A stretch of DNA of 64,000 nucleotides, taken from positions 2,240,001-2,304,000 of the forward strand of contig CM000208.1 in NCBI GenBank assembly GCA_000002445.1, in the 5' to 3' direction. The stretch's first letter is position 1; each line of letters opens with the position of its first letter. The notes beneath the pieces were generated by a model that saw only the letters and a list, made by a program, of their open reading frames with translations, made no database searches and was not told the origin of the DNA. This DNA is from Trypanosoma brucei. Its lineage: Eukaryota. Shown here in pieces: positions 10,801-22,017 of the stretch. The position numbers were made by a program, and so were the translations under genes.

Positions 10801-11898
10801 ATGGATGACAAACAGGCGTTCTTTGTACGCTGCATAGATGGAAAGACATTTAAGATGGTGATTCGGGGGGACCTGGGGAAGTTAACTGTTGGAAAGATTA
10901 GGCGATACCTAAAATCATACGGTGTCCAAGATGGGATGCAGCTACTCTTCAACGGTTTGTCGCTTGCGGACGAGCAGGTGGGCAGCGATTTTGGCCTTTG
11001 CAATGGTGCCACGCTGCATTTGGGTCCTCCATCGTTTAGTGAACCTGCGGTCCCACAACGGACTCATGGCCAAGGCTTTAGTGACGAGGCAGCTGGTTCA
11101 AGGACCGGAGACCCAACTGATACACCTCATTCATCTCTGAGTGGTGACTCGCGGGAACGTAACTCAAAAGCGGACTCCACGCATCGTGACCCGTGTGGTG
11201 GGTTAAGTCATGCCGATCCAGCGAGAGGGACTGCCACTTACTCAGGGGGACGTTATAATGTGGATAAAGGGATCCCTGTTACCGCTACCTCTGCAACGAA
11301 AACAAATATTGATAGGATCCCCAGCGCCGATTTGACTAGTCACAGTGGTTTCCCGGTGGCTCTCGAAGTAGAGAACCAGCAACTGCGCGAACAGGTGGAG
11401 TTACTGCGTCGGGAGGTCGCCGACTTGAGGCAAAAGAACAAGGCGCCGCGCGCCACGGTATTGCGACAGGATCTCACATCAATAGAGGTGCTGCAGAGTG
11501 CTAAATCCAACCTGCAAGAACTTGCTGAAGAACTTGGTGTTCCACTTCAATTCGATACGAACTTCACTTGTGTGGTGGGTGATGACGAGAGCCACACCGT
11601 CTTGGTTACCTTTGACTGTGTCACTGAGCGTCTCTATATATATTCCACCCTCCTCACTCAAATTCCGCATGATGGTGAGGTTCGCGCCAAGTTGTATGAA
11701 CTTCTACTGGAGGGTTCATTGCTTAGCCGCGAGGTTTGTGGCGGTGGCATCGGCATATCACCGCAGAACGGTCTCGTGCTTCTCTCTACCACCATACCTC
11801 TGCGGCACTGCAACTCCTCCGCGTTGAAGGATATCATGCCGGTGTTTGTTGAAACAGTTGCGCGCTGGCGTTCGCTCATAAATGAACTGCTTAACTAG
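10801..11898 (+). CDS. hypothetical protein with N-terminal ubiquitin-like (beta-grasp) domain and central coiled coil
   Basis: 365 aa ATG ORF. The N-terminus FFVRCIDGKTFKMVIRGDLGKLTVGKIRRYLKSYGVQDGMQLLFNGLSLADEQVGSDFGLCNGATLHL matches the ubiquitin fold pattern (…GK…LxFxGxxLxDxxxLxxxGlxxgxTLHL). Central QQLREQVELLRREVADLRQKNK heptads suggest a coiled coil. Confidence 0.65.
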   Translation: MDDKQAFFVRCIDGKTFKMVIRGDLGKLTVGKIRRYLKSYGVQDGMQLLFNGLSLADEQVGSDFGLCNGATLHLGPPSFSEPAVPQRTHGQGFSDEAAGSRTGDPTDTPHSSLSGDSRERNSKADSTHRDPCGGLSHADPARGTATYSGGRYNVDKGIPVTATSATKTNIDRIPSADLTSHSGFPVALEVENQQLREQVELLRREVADLRQKNKAPRATVLRQDLTSIEVLQSAKSNLQELAEELGVPLQFDTNFTCVVGDDESHTVLVTFDCVTERLYIYSTLLTQIPHDGEVRAKLYELLLEGSLLSREVCGGGIGISPQNGLVLLSTTIPLRHCNSSALKDIMPVFVETVARWRSLINELLN

Positions 11899-13241
11899 CA
11901 CGATAATAGTTTGAAACCTCTTTTCATTGTTATTGTTCGCTTCCTTCCCATTCTTCGTGGGTTGATGAGGGGGCAGTCAAGTTTCATATGAAGTGCTTGC
12001 TGCGCCCCCACCCCGGCCTCTTTCGTTTCTGTCTTGGCTTCCCGCCACCGCTATTTGCAGCTACTGCTGCTTTATCACATCGGAGTTTTGAGGGACACAC
12101 GAGAGAGCATTTGGTCACACAGTCACTATTAACATGTTGAGATGGAGGTAAGACGATAGACCATGTGATAGAGGGGAAAACACTAGTAAGCTCAACGGAA
12201 GGAAGGAAGTTTAGATGAAAATAAAAAAATTTTGAAGAAAGAACACAAATGGGGAAGCATGTGAAGGGGAAGGGGAAAATGAAGGGTAATACCTTTTGTT
12301 GGTACAGCGTAGTTTAGTGATTGCTTGGGGATCGGACAGCCGATCAGAAAGGGCAAGTTTCTTTGCACTACATATCTAACGGGTTCCAATATTCAGTTGA
12401 GTGCAGCACACTGACGGAGATGCGTTTGAAAAACTCGTGAGGCCGCTGCGAAAACTGACGGCAGGAAGGGTTCGAAGAAAAGGAGGAGAGTACGTGCTAG
12501 GTGTGGGTGGTGGTGGTAATTTTATATTGCTTCGTCTTTTATGTTTTATGCTGTTTATGTTTTAACTTATCTGCCCAACCAAAGGCTGTGGTCACACGCC
12601 GCAAACTAGGTGGGTTTAGAAGGCAAGGTTTGAATTATGTGCCTTCTTCTTTTCGTTGTTAACTAAATCCCCTTCCTTTTCTTTCATTTACTTCGTGGAG
12701 TACCACCCTCCATATCACATACATACACACACGCACGTACAGAATTACCTCTCGCCGCGATGTCCTCGTTAAGAATTGGCCTTTAATATGTCCCTTTACT
12801 TACCGTTATATCTGACGTGCACGGATCTACGTATCGGGCCGGGACCTTTTCTCACTTTTACTTCGGTCGGATCTCACCCAATGCATTCCCCTTCTCTCGA
12901 TAGGCATTTGAACGAGCGTTTGCGCGTAAATTTTCCCGTTCCACCTTTTAACTTTCTTCTTCACTGAAAGAATTCAACAATCGTCATACATATAAGTGTG
13001 CGAAAGCATGTGCGTTCATCAACTAACTGTCGGTCTTGTAGTACCCAAGCATACCTTTTTATCTTTCTTTTTTTTTTTACTAAACCGGTGTGTAACCGTG
13101 CCTGTGAGATATAGAGAATCAATAAAAGGGAGACGGTAGGGAAGTGGGTCTTTGAAAAAGACAAAAAACAAAAACAAAAATCAAATCGGACTACGAGGTG
13201 ATATTGAGACCTCCCCGCTGATTTGTGTGCACGGAAGGAAA

Positions 13242-14051
13242 ATGCCGCCGCCGCCACCAGCACCACCGCCACCGCCACCGCCACCACCTCCACCCAAGGC
13301 AACAGAAGGCAACTCATCAAGCACCGTTGGAGGCGCGGCATCGGCCCTCTTTGCTGAGATCCGCCAGGGTGGTGATAACATTACCTCTCGACTCCGCCAC
13401 GTGACGGATGATCAAAAAGCATATAAACAAAACATTCAACACGGTGCCGTTGATTTCTCCGACCTCGATGCAAAGAAGGCAGAGGCGGAGGCCAAGCGAC
13501 AGCAGAAGCAAAAGCAACCGGAAACCACCGCAGCGGAGGAACCCGTGACGCGACTCGAAGGGGACAAGCGGTGGGTGGTTAAACACCACAAAGGAACTCC
13601 TTCGGAACCCTGCAAGGTGACTTTGGAAGATGTCAATATGCGTCATGCCGTGCACATTCACGGTTGTGACAACACATTTGTTGAGGTAAAGGGGAAAGTT
13701 AACACGGTCTCCGTTGTGTCATGCAATAAGGCGCAAGTTATCCTGGAGAGTGTTGTCTCGGCTTTGGAGGTCCTCAAGTCTGACAGCGTTGATGTTACGG
13801 TGCGGCGTTTTGTCCCCACTGCTATGGTTGAGAAAAGCACGTCGGTGAATCTCTTCCTCATGGATGTTGAGGAGGCGCCGAACACTGAAATTGTAACAGC
13901 ATGCAGCAGCGCTGTGAATGTGAACTTCCCTACCGTGGAGGATCCAACAGATATTTTGGAAAGACCCCTCCCGGAGCAGTTCGTCTCACGTATTGTGAGG
14001 GACAATAGAGGAAAGTATAAGATTGAGACGAAGCCAAATGAGGTGGCGTAG
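13242..14051 (+). CDS. CAP: short cyclase-associated protein (CAP/Srv2)-like actin-monomer binding protein: polyproline + WH2-like + C-CAP/CARP beta-helix domain
   Basis: The track ORF begins at TTG 13152; the first ATG is at 13242 (MPPPPPAPPPPPPPPPPPK), encoded by a (CCR)n repeat. It continues with a WH2-like LFAEIRQGGDNITSRLRHV. The C-terminal ~150 aa (KVTLEDVNMRHAVHIHGCDNTFVEVKGKVNTVSVVSCNKAQVILESVVSALEVLKSDSVDVTV...RPLPEQFVSRIV) resembles the CAP C-terminal CARP repeats. Confidence 0.7.
   Translation: MPPPPPAPPPPPPPPPPPKATEGNSSSTVGGAASALFAEIRQGGDNITSRLRHVTDDQKAYKQNIQHGAVDFSDLDAKKAEAEAKRQQKQKQPETTAAEEPVTRLEGDKRWVVKHHKGTPSEPCKVTLEDVNMRHAVHIHGCDNTFVEVKGKVNTVSVVSCNKAQVILESVVSALEVLKSDSVDVTVRRFVPTAMVEKSTSVNLFLMDVEEAPNTEIVTACSSAVNVNFPTVEDPTDILERPLPEQFVSRIVRDNRGKYKIETKPNEVA
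13245..13295 (+). repeat. coding (CCR)n trinucleotide repeat encoding polyproline
   Basis: gccgccgccgccaccagcaccaccgccaccgccaccgccaccacctccaccc within the CAP-like CDS. Confidence 0.9.
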
Positions 14052-15076
14052 TGAAATTCCTATAGCATCCCAGTTTGCGTGTAAGAGCGTATTTTTACTT
14101 CAGCCGCATTTACATTTGGGAAGGGACTGAAGGGCGGGGTAGAGGCGGTTCCTGTTAACGAGCATGGGTGGGAGAAGAGTAACCCCACACGAAAACGATG
14201 CGGCGTGAAAAAGTCGCGCGATCAAGAATAGGAAAAAGACAGTAGAGAGTGTAGCAAGAGGGAAGATTAAGGTGGGAAAAATTTATTACTTACACCAGAT
14301 AGGTTTCGGCATCAACTCTACAATCTTCCGCATTTGGCGGAAGGGATGTCTGTGGAAGGGGGGAGAAGGTAAAAATTTGTTGTGGAATGTACTTTTGTTT
14401 GCTGCTTTCTCGGCAGGCGGAAGGAGCCGTTTCATCCGAATGTCGCAGGTATTTCGTTTTGCTTCGCCTTCGTCTCTTCCCCTGTGTTTGCTCAACCTCT
14501 TGCGTTGGGTGCGTTGGTTCATCGTTGCCGCTCCCCTTCAAACGTTTCGATTTCATTCTGTAAATACGCGCCTCTCAACGGTTGATTTTTACTGCTTTGT
14601 GGCCAAACTAGCTGGTTTATTTCTTTTATAATGCTCCTTTGATGTTGTGTCTCGTTGAAAGAGCAGATGCAGTCCGTTGAGTGAAGTTGTGTGCTTTGGT
14701 GTGTGTACCGTTCCTCCACCCTCTTCTCTGGGGTTTTATCTTTCTTAATTTCCTCTGCATTCCTTTGTACTCATTGTTTTTCGCTTCCCTTCTGTGCCAA
14801 CTTGTATGTGTGCCCTCGCGGCTGGTGCAGCCTGTCCTTCCTATCGCAAAGGGCACGCTAACGAACGTAGAAGGGGTGAGTACGTTGGACGCACTCATAA
14901 GCAGCTGAATTAACAAAGTGACGATAAAGAACGCAGCAAAAAAAGTTAGAGAGAGTTACGGAGTCCGTAAGGGAGTTTCAACGGTCGTCAAGGTGACCAA
15001 ATAGGTCCACGCATACTGGCAGATACATATATATATATATATAATATACGTGTTGTGCTTACCTAGGTGAATCAAC

Positions 15077-16051
15077 ATGACTTCGCTCAACACAGAGCTG
15101 GCTCTCGCAAAGAGGTTTCATATGCTGAGCAAAAATTATAGCAACCGCCCTGTCATCGCGCGCCGCAACACGCTTCCCACTCTTGTGCGGTTTATTCGGA
15201 GTAACGACCGAGAAACTCGTCACTACTCCCTCTCTGCGCTCCTGCTGCTTGCGCAACACGAGGAAAATGTGGAACTACTTTGCTTGGAGCGCGGCCTCGT
15301 CCCGGGTGTTTACGCAGTTTACAAAGATGCCGATTACGACGACCCCCAGTTACGTGAAATAGCAGATCAAATTCTGAACTGTCTCGAACCCGTTTTGCAG
15401 GGCAGAGACCCACGTAAGGCTAGCCAAACAAGCGTAACTCCTGTTGGGAGTAGCAGTGATGCGGTTGACAGCGATCCTTTAAATGATAGTTTTTCCCCCA
15501 GTCGACGAGCGCGCGCGGGCAGGGTGCTGCGGGGAGTTGGCTCGGATGCTATCCACACTGTTCTACTTGACATCCCCGCGTTGGATCCGAATGGGGGGGA
15601 CAATATTGAGGCTATCGAAGACATCTTTCAAACAACGCGCGGCGTTTTGTCATACTCTATTTTTGTGGAGAACAGACAGGCACGTCTGTTCGTTACATGT
15701 GCCACACAGGTAGTGCAACAAGTCCTCTCCGACTCTGGTTTCGAATCAGTGGTAGTTCGCGATGACGTCGTCAACCAGGAGATGTTTGGCGGCGGAGCTG
15801 ACGGCAGTGCCGGGTTAAATAGCGGTGGGAATAGAAGCAATACAAGCTACTACGATGGCGGTTCTCCACAGCACCGTCCCTCTTATCTGCAAAGTGTCGC
15901 CAACAGCATCTACCAGTCCGCACTTGTCCTTGGAGGTGGCAGCAGGAATAATGACACGCTGTCGGCACGTGTTAACGAGCAGCGGACGAGGGAGCAAGAA
16001 GGAGAATCAACATTTGGGTACATATCGAAAACGCTGTCGAAGTGGTGGTGA
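15077..16051 (+). CDS. hypothetical protein (possible ARM/HEAT-like N-terminus, Ser/Gly-rich C-terminus)
   Basis: 324 aa ATG ORF (MTSLNTELALAKRF...). No confident domain. The minus-strand ORFs over the same span are shadows. Confidence 0.55.
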   Translation: MTSLNTELALAKRFHMLSKNYSNRPVIARRNTLPTLVRFIRSNDRETRHYSLSALLLLAQHEENVELLCLERGLVPGVYAVYKDADYDDPQLREIADQILNCLEPVLQGRDPRKASQTSVTPVGSSSDAVDSDPLNDSFSPSRRARAGRVLRGVGSDAIHTVLLDIPALDPNGGDNIEAIEDIFQTTRGVLSYSIFVENRQARLFVTCATQVVQQVLSDSGFESVVVRDDVVNQEMFGGGADGSAGLNSGGNRSNTSYYDGGSPQHRPSYLQSVANSIYQSALVLGGGSRNNDTLSARVNEQRTREQEGESTFGYISKTLSKWW

Positions 16052-16882
16052 TTTGGTTAGTAGCAATACGATCCGTAGCTAACGTCGCTATTTTTGAACA
16101 GGGGAGGTGTGAAAAAGATGTATGAAGCGGGAGGGGTCTCACCGAATGGGTGTCACTCGAACTGCAGCGCTGTTTTATCGTGGATGGACTGGTAAAAGGA
16201 AGTTATACCCCCTTTTTTCCATTGGTAAACACCCATTGCCTTCTAGAAGGGGTTGGGTTGGGCTAATCAGCTCGTTTGGCGACCCCCTGCTGCCATGTCA
16301 ACGTTTTGTTCTTTGTTGTGCCTAGAAAGTGAGATGTGAAAAAAAAAATGTGCGATTTGGGTTAAGAAGGAGAAAATAGACGGGCTCGGGGTGAGACGTC
16401 ACACATGGAGGTGGTGAAAGAAGTGAGTCGGAGGGATCGTGAACGATAGGCAGATGTTTTTTTTTCTTTTACCTCTAACTAGTAAGGAGGGGGTGTTATT
16501 TGCAGGTGGGTGGGACACAGCGCAGTACTGATTGGTGAAGAAGAGGAAGTGGTGTCCTTTTCACCACATACTTTAAAAATTCAATGTGGAACTGTGGACT
16601 CCTTTGTATGTTTGTGCTCTTTCACCTCTGCGAAGCGGTGTCCTTAAGGCATCCAATTGTCTCTCCATGTTGTTTCTATCGTTTGGTCCCCTTCTCGGAT
16701 CTCTCTTTTGTTACTGATATCGAAACAACAATAAAAAGAGAAGACGTGAAGAAAAATTGTAAGCTTCTATAAGTTTGACAAAAATAAAAAGGTTTAAATA
16801 TCATCGTTTTCGATCTGTGTGTGTGTCTGTTTAGTACGGCTACACTCGGCACCTCCCTCGCACCAACGTCAAACTGAGTGAA

Positions 16883-17581
16883 ATGAAGAGTTTCCGCGTA
16901 GTTTGCAGGTTCCCCGCCATGTTGCAGCTGCTAGCACTTGTGGGACTTGCATTGGTTCCGCAAAGCGCTCTCAGTTCTCAAAACGGCGTGTACGTAAAAC
17001 TCTTTCCCGGCCGTGAGTTGTGTTTGAGTTACGAGGGGTACCGGGAAGTGGAGGAAACACCGCCAACAGTTGCCTTGCGACATCGCGCCCTCTCGCCACG
17101 TAACGTTAACGTGCGAACACGCCTCTACGGCCCTGATGGAAACATTATACGACATGATGACCGCATCGATCCCTTTGGACAACCAGCGTCTTTCTTCTTT
17201 AAGGTAACAAAGACGGGTACATATCGGGTTTGCATGCGTACACCGTTGAACCACCCGCCGCTATCGTTTGACATGCGTTTCATCGGCGAGCGCGATGTGG
17301 CGCAGTCACCGGAGACCGTTGAGGGAGTGGAAGTTGCTGACAAACCAATAGAAGCCTCCGACTATCAAAGTTCACTTCACATGTTGGACATTTGTGTGCA
17401 AGTGGCTCTAGATGAAGTGCGTATGAGTGAGAACCGCCTTCATCTTCTTGATGAGATTACAAACTCTACGTACAACCGCGTTGTGGGATTCTTAATTCTG
17501 AACGTTCTGCTTGTCATTGTTGCTAGCGTTGGGTCAGAGAAGTATTTGGAACGATTCTTTATAAAGCAGAAGATTGCTTAA
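16883..17581 (+). CDS. p24/emp24/gp25L family cargo receptor (GOLD domain)
   Basis: 232 aa. N-terminal signal peptide (MLQLLALVGLALVPQSALS), GOLD-domain hallmarks (FPGRELCLSYEG, FKVTKTGTYRVCM), a coiled-coil segment, one C-terminal TM (VVGFLILNVLLVIVASVG) and a short cytosolic tail with an FF/basic motif (LERFFIKQKIA). Confidence 0.8.
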   Translation: MKSFRVVCRFPAMLQLLALVGLALVPQSALSSQNGVYVKLFPGRELCLSYEGYREVEETPPTVALRHRALSPRNVNVRTRLYGPDGNIIRHDDRIDPFGQPASFFFKVTKTGTYRVCMRTPLNHPPLSFDMRFIGERDVAQSPETVEGVEVADKPIEASDYQSSLHMLDICVQVALDEVRMSENRLHLLDEITNSTYNRVVGFLILNVLLVIVASVGSEKYLERFFIKQKIA

Positions 17582-18632
17582 GCATGGCTCCAACTCTCCA
17601 CCCTGTGGATGAGTATTTAACGTTGAGATAACCAATTGAGGGGCAGTAGAAAGCGCTTTAATACCACTCACCACCAATTAAGATGACGAAACCCCTGTGA
17701 AGCAAAATAGGGCAGGGTGGCCAAAAGAAGTTATATTCAACAAACAGGCAGGGTGGAAATGCAATGTGGTTGCAGTAGAAATGCGGAACGTTAATGGGAA
17801 AGACGAAAGGGATGAGTACTCGCAAGTTGCGGCGGTGAGTTTGTGGTCTCTGGGGCTCATGCTGTGTGTGATTATTTTTTCTGTGAGCTTGTTATTCTCT
17901 TCGGTGTAGTCAAGTTGTGCTGTAAGTGCTAAGATTTGTGTGCCTATGAACTCTTTTTATTTTCGTTTTGATATATATATATATATATATATGTTGTTAT
18001 TGTCATTGTTTGTTATTTTGCTGTACTTCTGGTTCCCTTGGCTCACGTAACGGTGGGATTCAAGGGGATAAGATGTGGCTGCAGCGTATGTGCCCAACTG
18101 TTCACTGATCGGCTGCGGCACTAACGGAACTCGATTATGAAATTTTATGTGCGTTGCGTCTGCAATTTATGCATTTTTTTTTCATCGTATTGCTGCGTGC
18201 AAAACAACAACAACAAGGGATCAGAGAGTGTTTTGCACGTGTGTATTAGTGTGAGTGGGCGCCTCTGTAATAAAAAGAAGTGACGAGTTTATACCGGGTG
18301 TCACTGCCATGTTTTCCTCGTCTTGTATGCAGAGCATGCAAACACAATACATATGCCCACATGCGTAAGTAAATACAAAAATGCATGTGCTTATTGTTGG
18401 TTTTACGGTGTGGTATATATGGGAGGTTGTGCGTTTATATATTTCTGTGTGTGTGTCTTTTCTTTGTTATTATTATTTATTGTTATTTTTTTTTTGTTTA
18501 TTCCCTTGCATGTCAGTTGGGTCGCATGTGGCGCCGACACCCCACTGCATACAGTTCTGCAATTCACTCTGAACCACCTGTGTGTTTCAGTGTGCTTGTT
18601 TGTTCTTATATTCCACCGGCTTATGTTCTCTT

Positions 18633-18690
18633 TTTTTTTTTTTGGTGTTGTTGCCTTAAATCTGTACACACTCCATCCATCAGAGTCGAG
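18633..18690 (+). promoter_or_regulatory. polypyrimidine tract + AG acceptor upstream of the 958 aa hypothetical gene
   Basis: ctcttttttttttttggtgttgttgcctt...ccatccatcag, then ATG at 18726. Confidence 0.45.
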
Positions 18691-18725
18691 GAGGAAGGCT
18701 TGACAGCAATTTGTCACGCGGTGCA

Positions 18726-21599
18726 ATGGTATCCGCTTCGAAGTTGCTGCAGGTGTTGGTCCGACGCTTTGAGACTCCCCAACCAGACTTTATGGTCGGC
18801 CACGCGCATTTCGTATTGAAGTTCTTGTCCGCTATTTGTCAAACTAATATAAGTCGTGAGGATATGCTGAACGTGACGAACATTATTACCAACTGCCCCC
18901 ACGCATTACCGATATTTAAGGGTAATCAGCGCTTATGCGAAAGGCTTTTGCTTAGTTGCTTTGCTAGTGTGTCCCGTGTTGATGCCGAGTTACAGGATGG
19001 CGTTCGACATGTAATTTGCACCTTGAGTGTCAATCCTGAATTGAATTCAAACATCATGATGACAATGGCTCGCAAAACTGTGGCCGCGAAGCGTGTGGAG
19101 GGTGCAGTAGCCAAGCAAGTTCTTGACAGAGATGACGCCATTTCCAACGAACTGCTTCGCCGTGTTGTTGCTCAGATGCCCGCTCACGGTGACCTTATAC
19201 CCGATGGAGGTGTTGAAATTGCCCTTCTTCCCCAGAAAGCTATGCACAAACGCCGACAAGAGCGCTTCGAGAGACCTGAACTCTTTTTCCTTGTCTCAAC
19301 TTTACGCTGCATTGCAACACACCGTCAGAGCCGACTTCGTGATAGTTTTGTTGAGGCGGGATGTTCTGCTGTGGGGATGCAGCACAGAAATTTACAATTT
19401 CTTCCAGCTGACGTTGTCGATCCCGTCGTGCGTTGCGTCACATCGCTTCCTGCATTTTGCAATCCTGAAGCACCAATGCGGCCCGATGACTGGTATCTTT
19501 TAGCCAGTCTCATTGCCTGCCCCGACGCGCGGCTCCGGCCATTGGGGATTCGACTGTGGGCGCAAAAGGTGTGTTATTATGATCCACTTGAAATGAATCT
19601 TACGGAAGTAAATAGCCCGTTTCCCCTCACAATTGCCGGGTTCCTGGTATCAATGCGGGGTGAGTTCAAGGAAGAAGCGATGATGTTGTGGTTGGGGGTG
19701 GTCACGGATCCCGCAGCTCTACCGTTGATAGATGAAAGAGTTCTGCAACTGCTGTTGTTTGACATTGCGCAATATGCTCAGGTCAACGATATGAATGACG
19801 TTAAGCGGGAACAAATTTTGGTGGCTCAATTAGCCGTTCTCAAAGCTTTAGAAGATTCTATGTCTCCTATTTACTATTTGGATGCTCGCATGACACTCAC
19901 CAGGACGACAAAGCTTCTCAATACCTCCAGTGATCTGATCAAAACGCTCAGTTCACTTAAGGATGTGCTATCGACCGGTCAGATTTTGAGGGCTTCTTTC
20001 TTACGCAGTGCAACTGATTTTTTGCGTTACGTTCGACAGACGGCTAATGTAAACGAACAGTCGTACATTAGGGTCTTGATTCTTTTGATGGGCAATGTTT
20101 TGCATGCCATACGTGTCTTGTCAGTTCAGGAGTATACATCCGTTTGCATAGTTGTTTTGGCCACCATCGTTGGATTTCTTCGCGACGTTCAGCCGAAAGC
20201 CTCCTCTCCGCAGGGAGACGAGTGGTGCGAATTGTTGAAGGCTCTAGCCACCACTATAATGAACGAAAAATCACTCGTTGATCCCAACATAGTCTCTCTT
20301 CAACTTCATATGATGGAGTTACTTGATTTTGCGTCCGACGAGCATTACAGCACCTCTGTGCGCGAGCGTATCCTTGCATCGCTACGCACTGTTTCGACAA
20401 AAACTCAAGAGATAGCACCGACTAGTGCGCAGCACTGCTACGAACTGCTTCTGCGCGCTGTCCATTTTCACGTCTTGGACGAGGAATTGCTATCTGAAGC
20501 GGTTGCGGCGCTACGTCATGCGACGGATACAACAGTTGCTATTGAGTGTATGAATTGGTCGCAGCGTAGGCATTTGATTGATCGTTGTTCTACATTGTAC
20601 CGCGAGATTGCACCAATGTTTCCCTCATCTCGAGGGGCTCGACGTCTTGGCAAGCAAATGTTAACAGTGGCAACCATAATTACGACTGAAAAACATGCAC
20701 CACGGACACAGCTGCAACGGCGTTCGTATGATGCGCGTCGCCCGGTCCTGGACTCGGGTTCTATGCAATTCTGTGCCCAGGCAATGTGGTCGCTTGCACT
20801 GCGGGCAACGCTGTCTCCCATTCCTCACCTGCCTGTGGATCGTTACCTTGCCGCGATGCTGCGCTTCGCGAAAAAGCATTGGAGACGGGATGAGGCACCT
20901 AGCGGTTACTCTTCCGAAAAAAGTCTAACAGAAGAAGCACAGGTCACTACCAAAACACCATTGGCAGAGCCGCGTGGTGGGCGCACGCGAGTATCATGTG
21001 GGGATGAGAGATTTTGTAGCGATATTGCTAACCTTTTGTTACCGCTGCTCAACCAAGTGCTCTTGCTTTGGTACACGAATAGAACTGCATTTCAGGCAAA
21101 TCAGAGGCGCCATAAAGCCGTTGTTTCAACAGCCTGCGACATAATCGAGCGGAACAGCGCCTTTCTTTCGCCTCGTGTATGGTTTGATACCCAACGTGTG
21201 TTATCCAACCTTCCTATCGTGCTGCCGAATCAGTGTACCCCACTTCATCTGAGCGTACTGAGGCGATCTTTACAGGAAACACTCCGTAACGTTCGCGCTT
21301 GTGGCAACCAAGGAACGTGGCACTTGCCTAGTGAAAAGACTCAATTGAAGGCCCAGGAAGGTTCTACGGAGGCCATATTGGGTGGAAGGATGATTGCAGA
21401 CATGTTTGGATGCGCAAATATAATTGAAGACGCTGATTTGAAGGTGTACCTCATATCTCTCGCGTCGGAGCAACTGAAGATGATCAGTGACCTTGACGAG
21501 ATGGATGAAAAGGCCTTAACACCGGAGGAGAAATCGCGTCTTATGTGTTTGAATAAAATTGTGTCTTCCGTGCGACACGGGACGGTCCTCTACTACTAG
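18726..21599 (+). CDS. large hypothetical protein (~958 aa), alpha-helical/Leu-rich
   Basis: The track ORF starts at TTG 18711; the first ATG is at 18726 (MVSASKLLQVL...). A polypyrimidine tract plus AG lies upstream at ~18633-18690. No domain recognised. It is a long uninterrupted ORF with codon usage matching its neighbours. Confidence 0.65.
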   Translation: MVSASKLLQVLVRRFETPQPDFMVGHAHFVLKFLSAICQTNISREDMLNVTNIITNCPHALPIFKGNQRLCERLLLSCFASVSRVDAELQDGVRHVICTLSVNPELNSNIMMTMARKTVAAKRVEGAVAKQVLDRDDAISNELLRRVVAQMPAHGDLIPDGGVEIALLPQKAMHKRRQERFERPELFFLVSTLRCIATHRQSRLRDSFVEAGCSAVGMQHRNLQFLPADVVDPVVRCVTSLPAFCNPEAPMRPDDWYLLASLIACPDARLRPLGIRLWAQKVCYYDPLEMNLTEVNSPFPLTIAGFLVSMRGEFKEEAMMLWLGVVTDPAALPLIDERVLQLLLFDIAQYAQVNDMNDVKREQILVAQLAVLKALEDSMSPIYYLDARMTLTRTTKLLNTSSDLIKTLSSLKDVLSTGQILRASFLRSATDFLRYVRQTANVNEQSYIRVLILLMGNVLHAIRVLSVQEYTSVCIVVLATIVGFLRDVQPKASSPQGDEWCELLKALATTIMNEKSLVDPNIVSLQLHMMELLDFASDEHYSTSVRERILASLRTVSTKTQEIAPTSAQHCYELLLRAVHFHVLDEELLSEAVAALRHATDTTVAIECMNWSQRRHLIDRCSTLYREIAPMFPSSRGARRLGKQMLTVATIITTEKHAPRTQLQRRSYDARRPVLDSGSMQFCAQAMWSLALRATLSPIPHLPVDRYLAAMLRFAKKHWRRDEAPSGYSSEKSLTEEAQVTTKTPLAEPRGGRTRVSCGDERFCSDIANLLLPLLNQVLLLWYTNRTAFQANQRRHKAVVSTACDIIERNSAFLSPRVWFDTQRVLSNLPIVLPNQCTPLHLSVLRRSLQETLRNVRACGNQGTWHLPSEKTQLKAQEGSTEAILGGRMIADMFGCANIIEDADLKVYLISLASEQLKMISDLDEMDEKALTPEEKSRLMCLNKIVSSVRHGTVLYY

Positions 21600-22017
21600 G
21601 CATGAGAAGCAAAAGTGTTTGGTGGTGCTTTGCTTTTGCAGGAGAGCCAAAGAGTTGGTTGCGGGAATTGATAATACCCCGTATGATTGAGTTTGTGCGT
21701 GTGTGTGGACGGATGAGGGAAAAAGGCAGTTGGAAGTCAAAGATGTTCTAGCCTAACAATCTTTGTGACACAGTGCTAATGGTAGAATTCAAGTAGCACA
21801 AGGGATACATTGGCGTTCGTAACACTCAATGTCTTGGTATTTTTTTTTCTACATATGTGATATACACATTTCTTTTTCACAAACTATGTGCTGATCTCTC
21901 TTTTTTTTTTTTTTTGAGCGACGCCTTCCTGCTTCGTTCAGTTTGTCAAGGGCATGGGAAGGTATAACAGGCGGTGATTTGTGCCGCAACATCGAAAGGG
22001 GGTGAAGAATCGCCATA

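Noticed and set aside
12418-12440. tRNA T-loop-like GGTTCGAAG
   Set aside because: No acceptor stem, D-arm or anticodon arm can be built around it. Manual scans for GTTCGA/GTTCAA-type T-loops elsewhere in the window found only occurrences inside CDSs.
15076-15078. One-base discrepancy between my count of the ATG (15076) and the ORF-track start (15077) for the 324 aa gene
   Set aside because: Probably my miscount within a line. The track coordinates are internally consistent (length a multiple of 3, stop ending at 16051), so I kept the track values.
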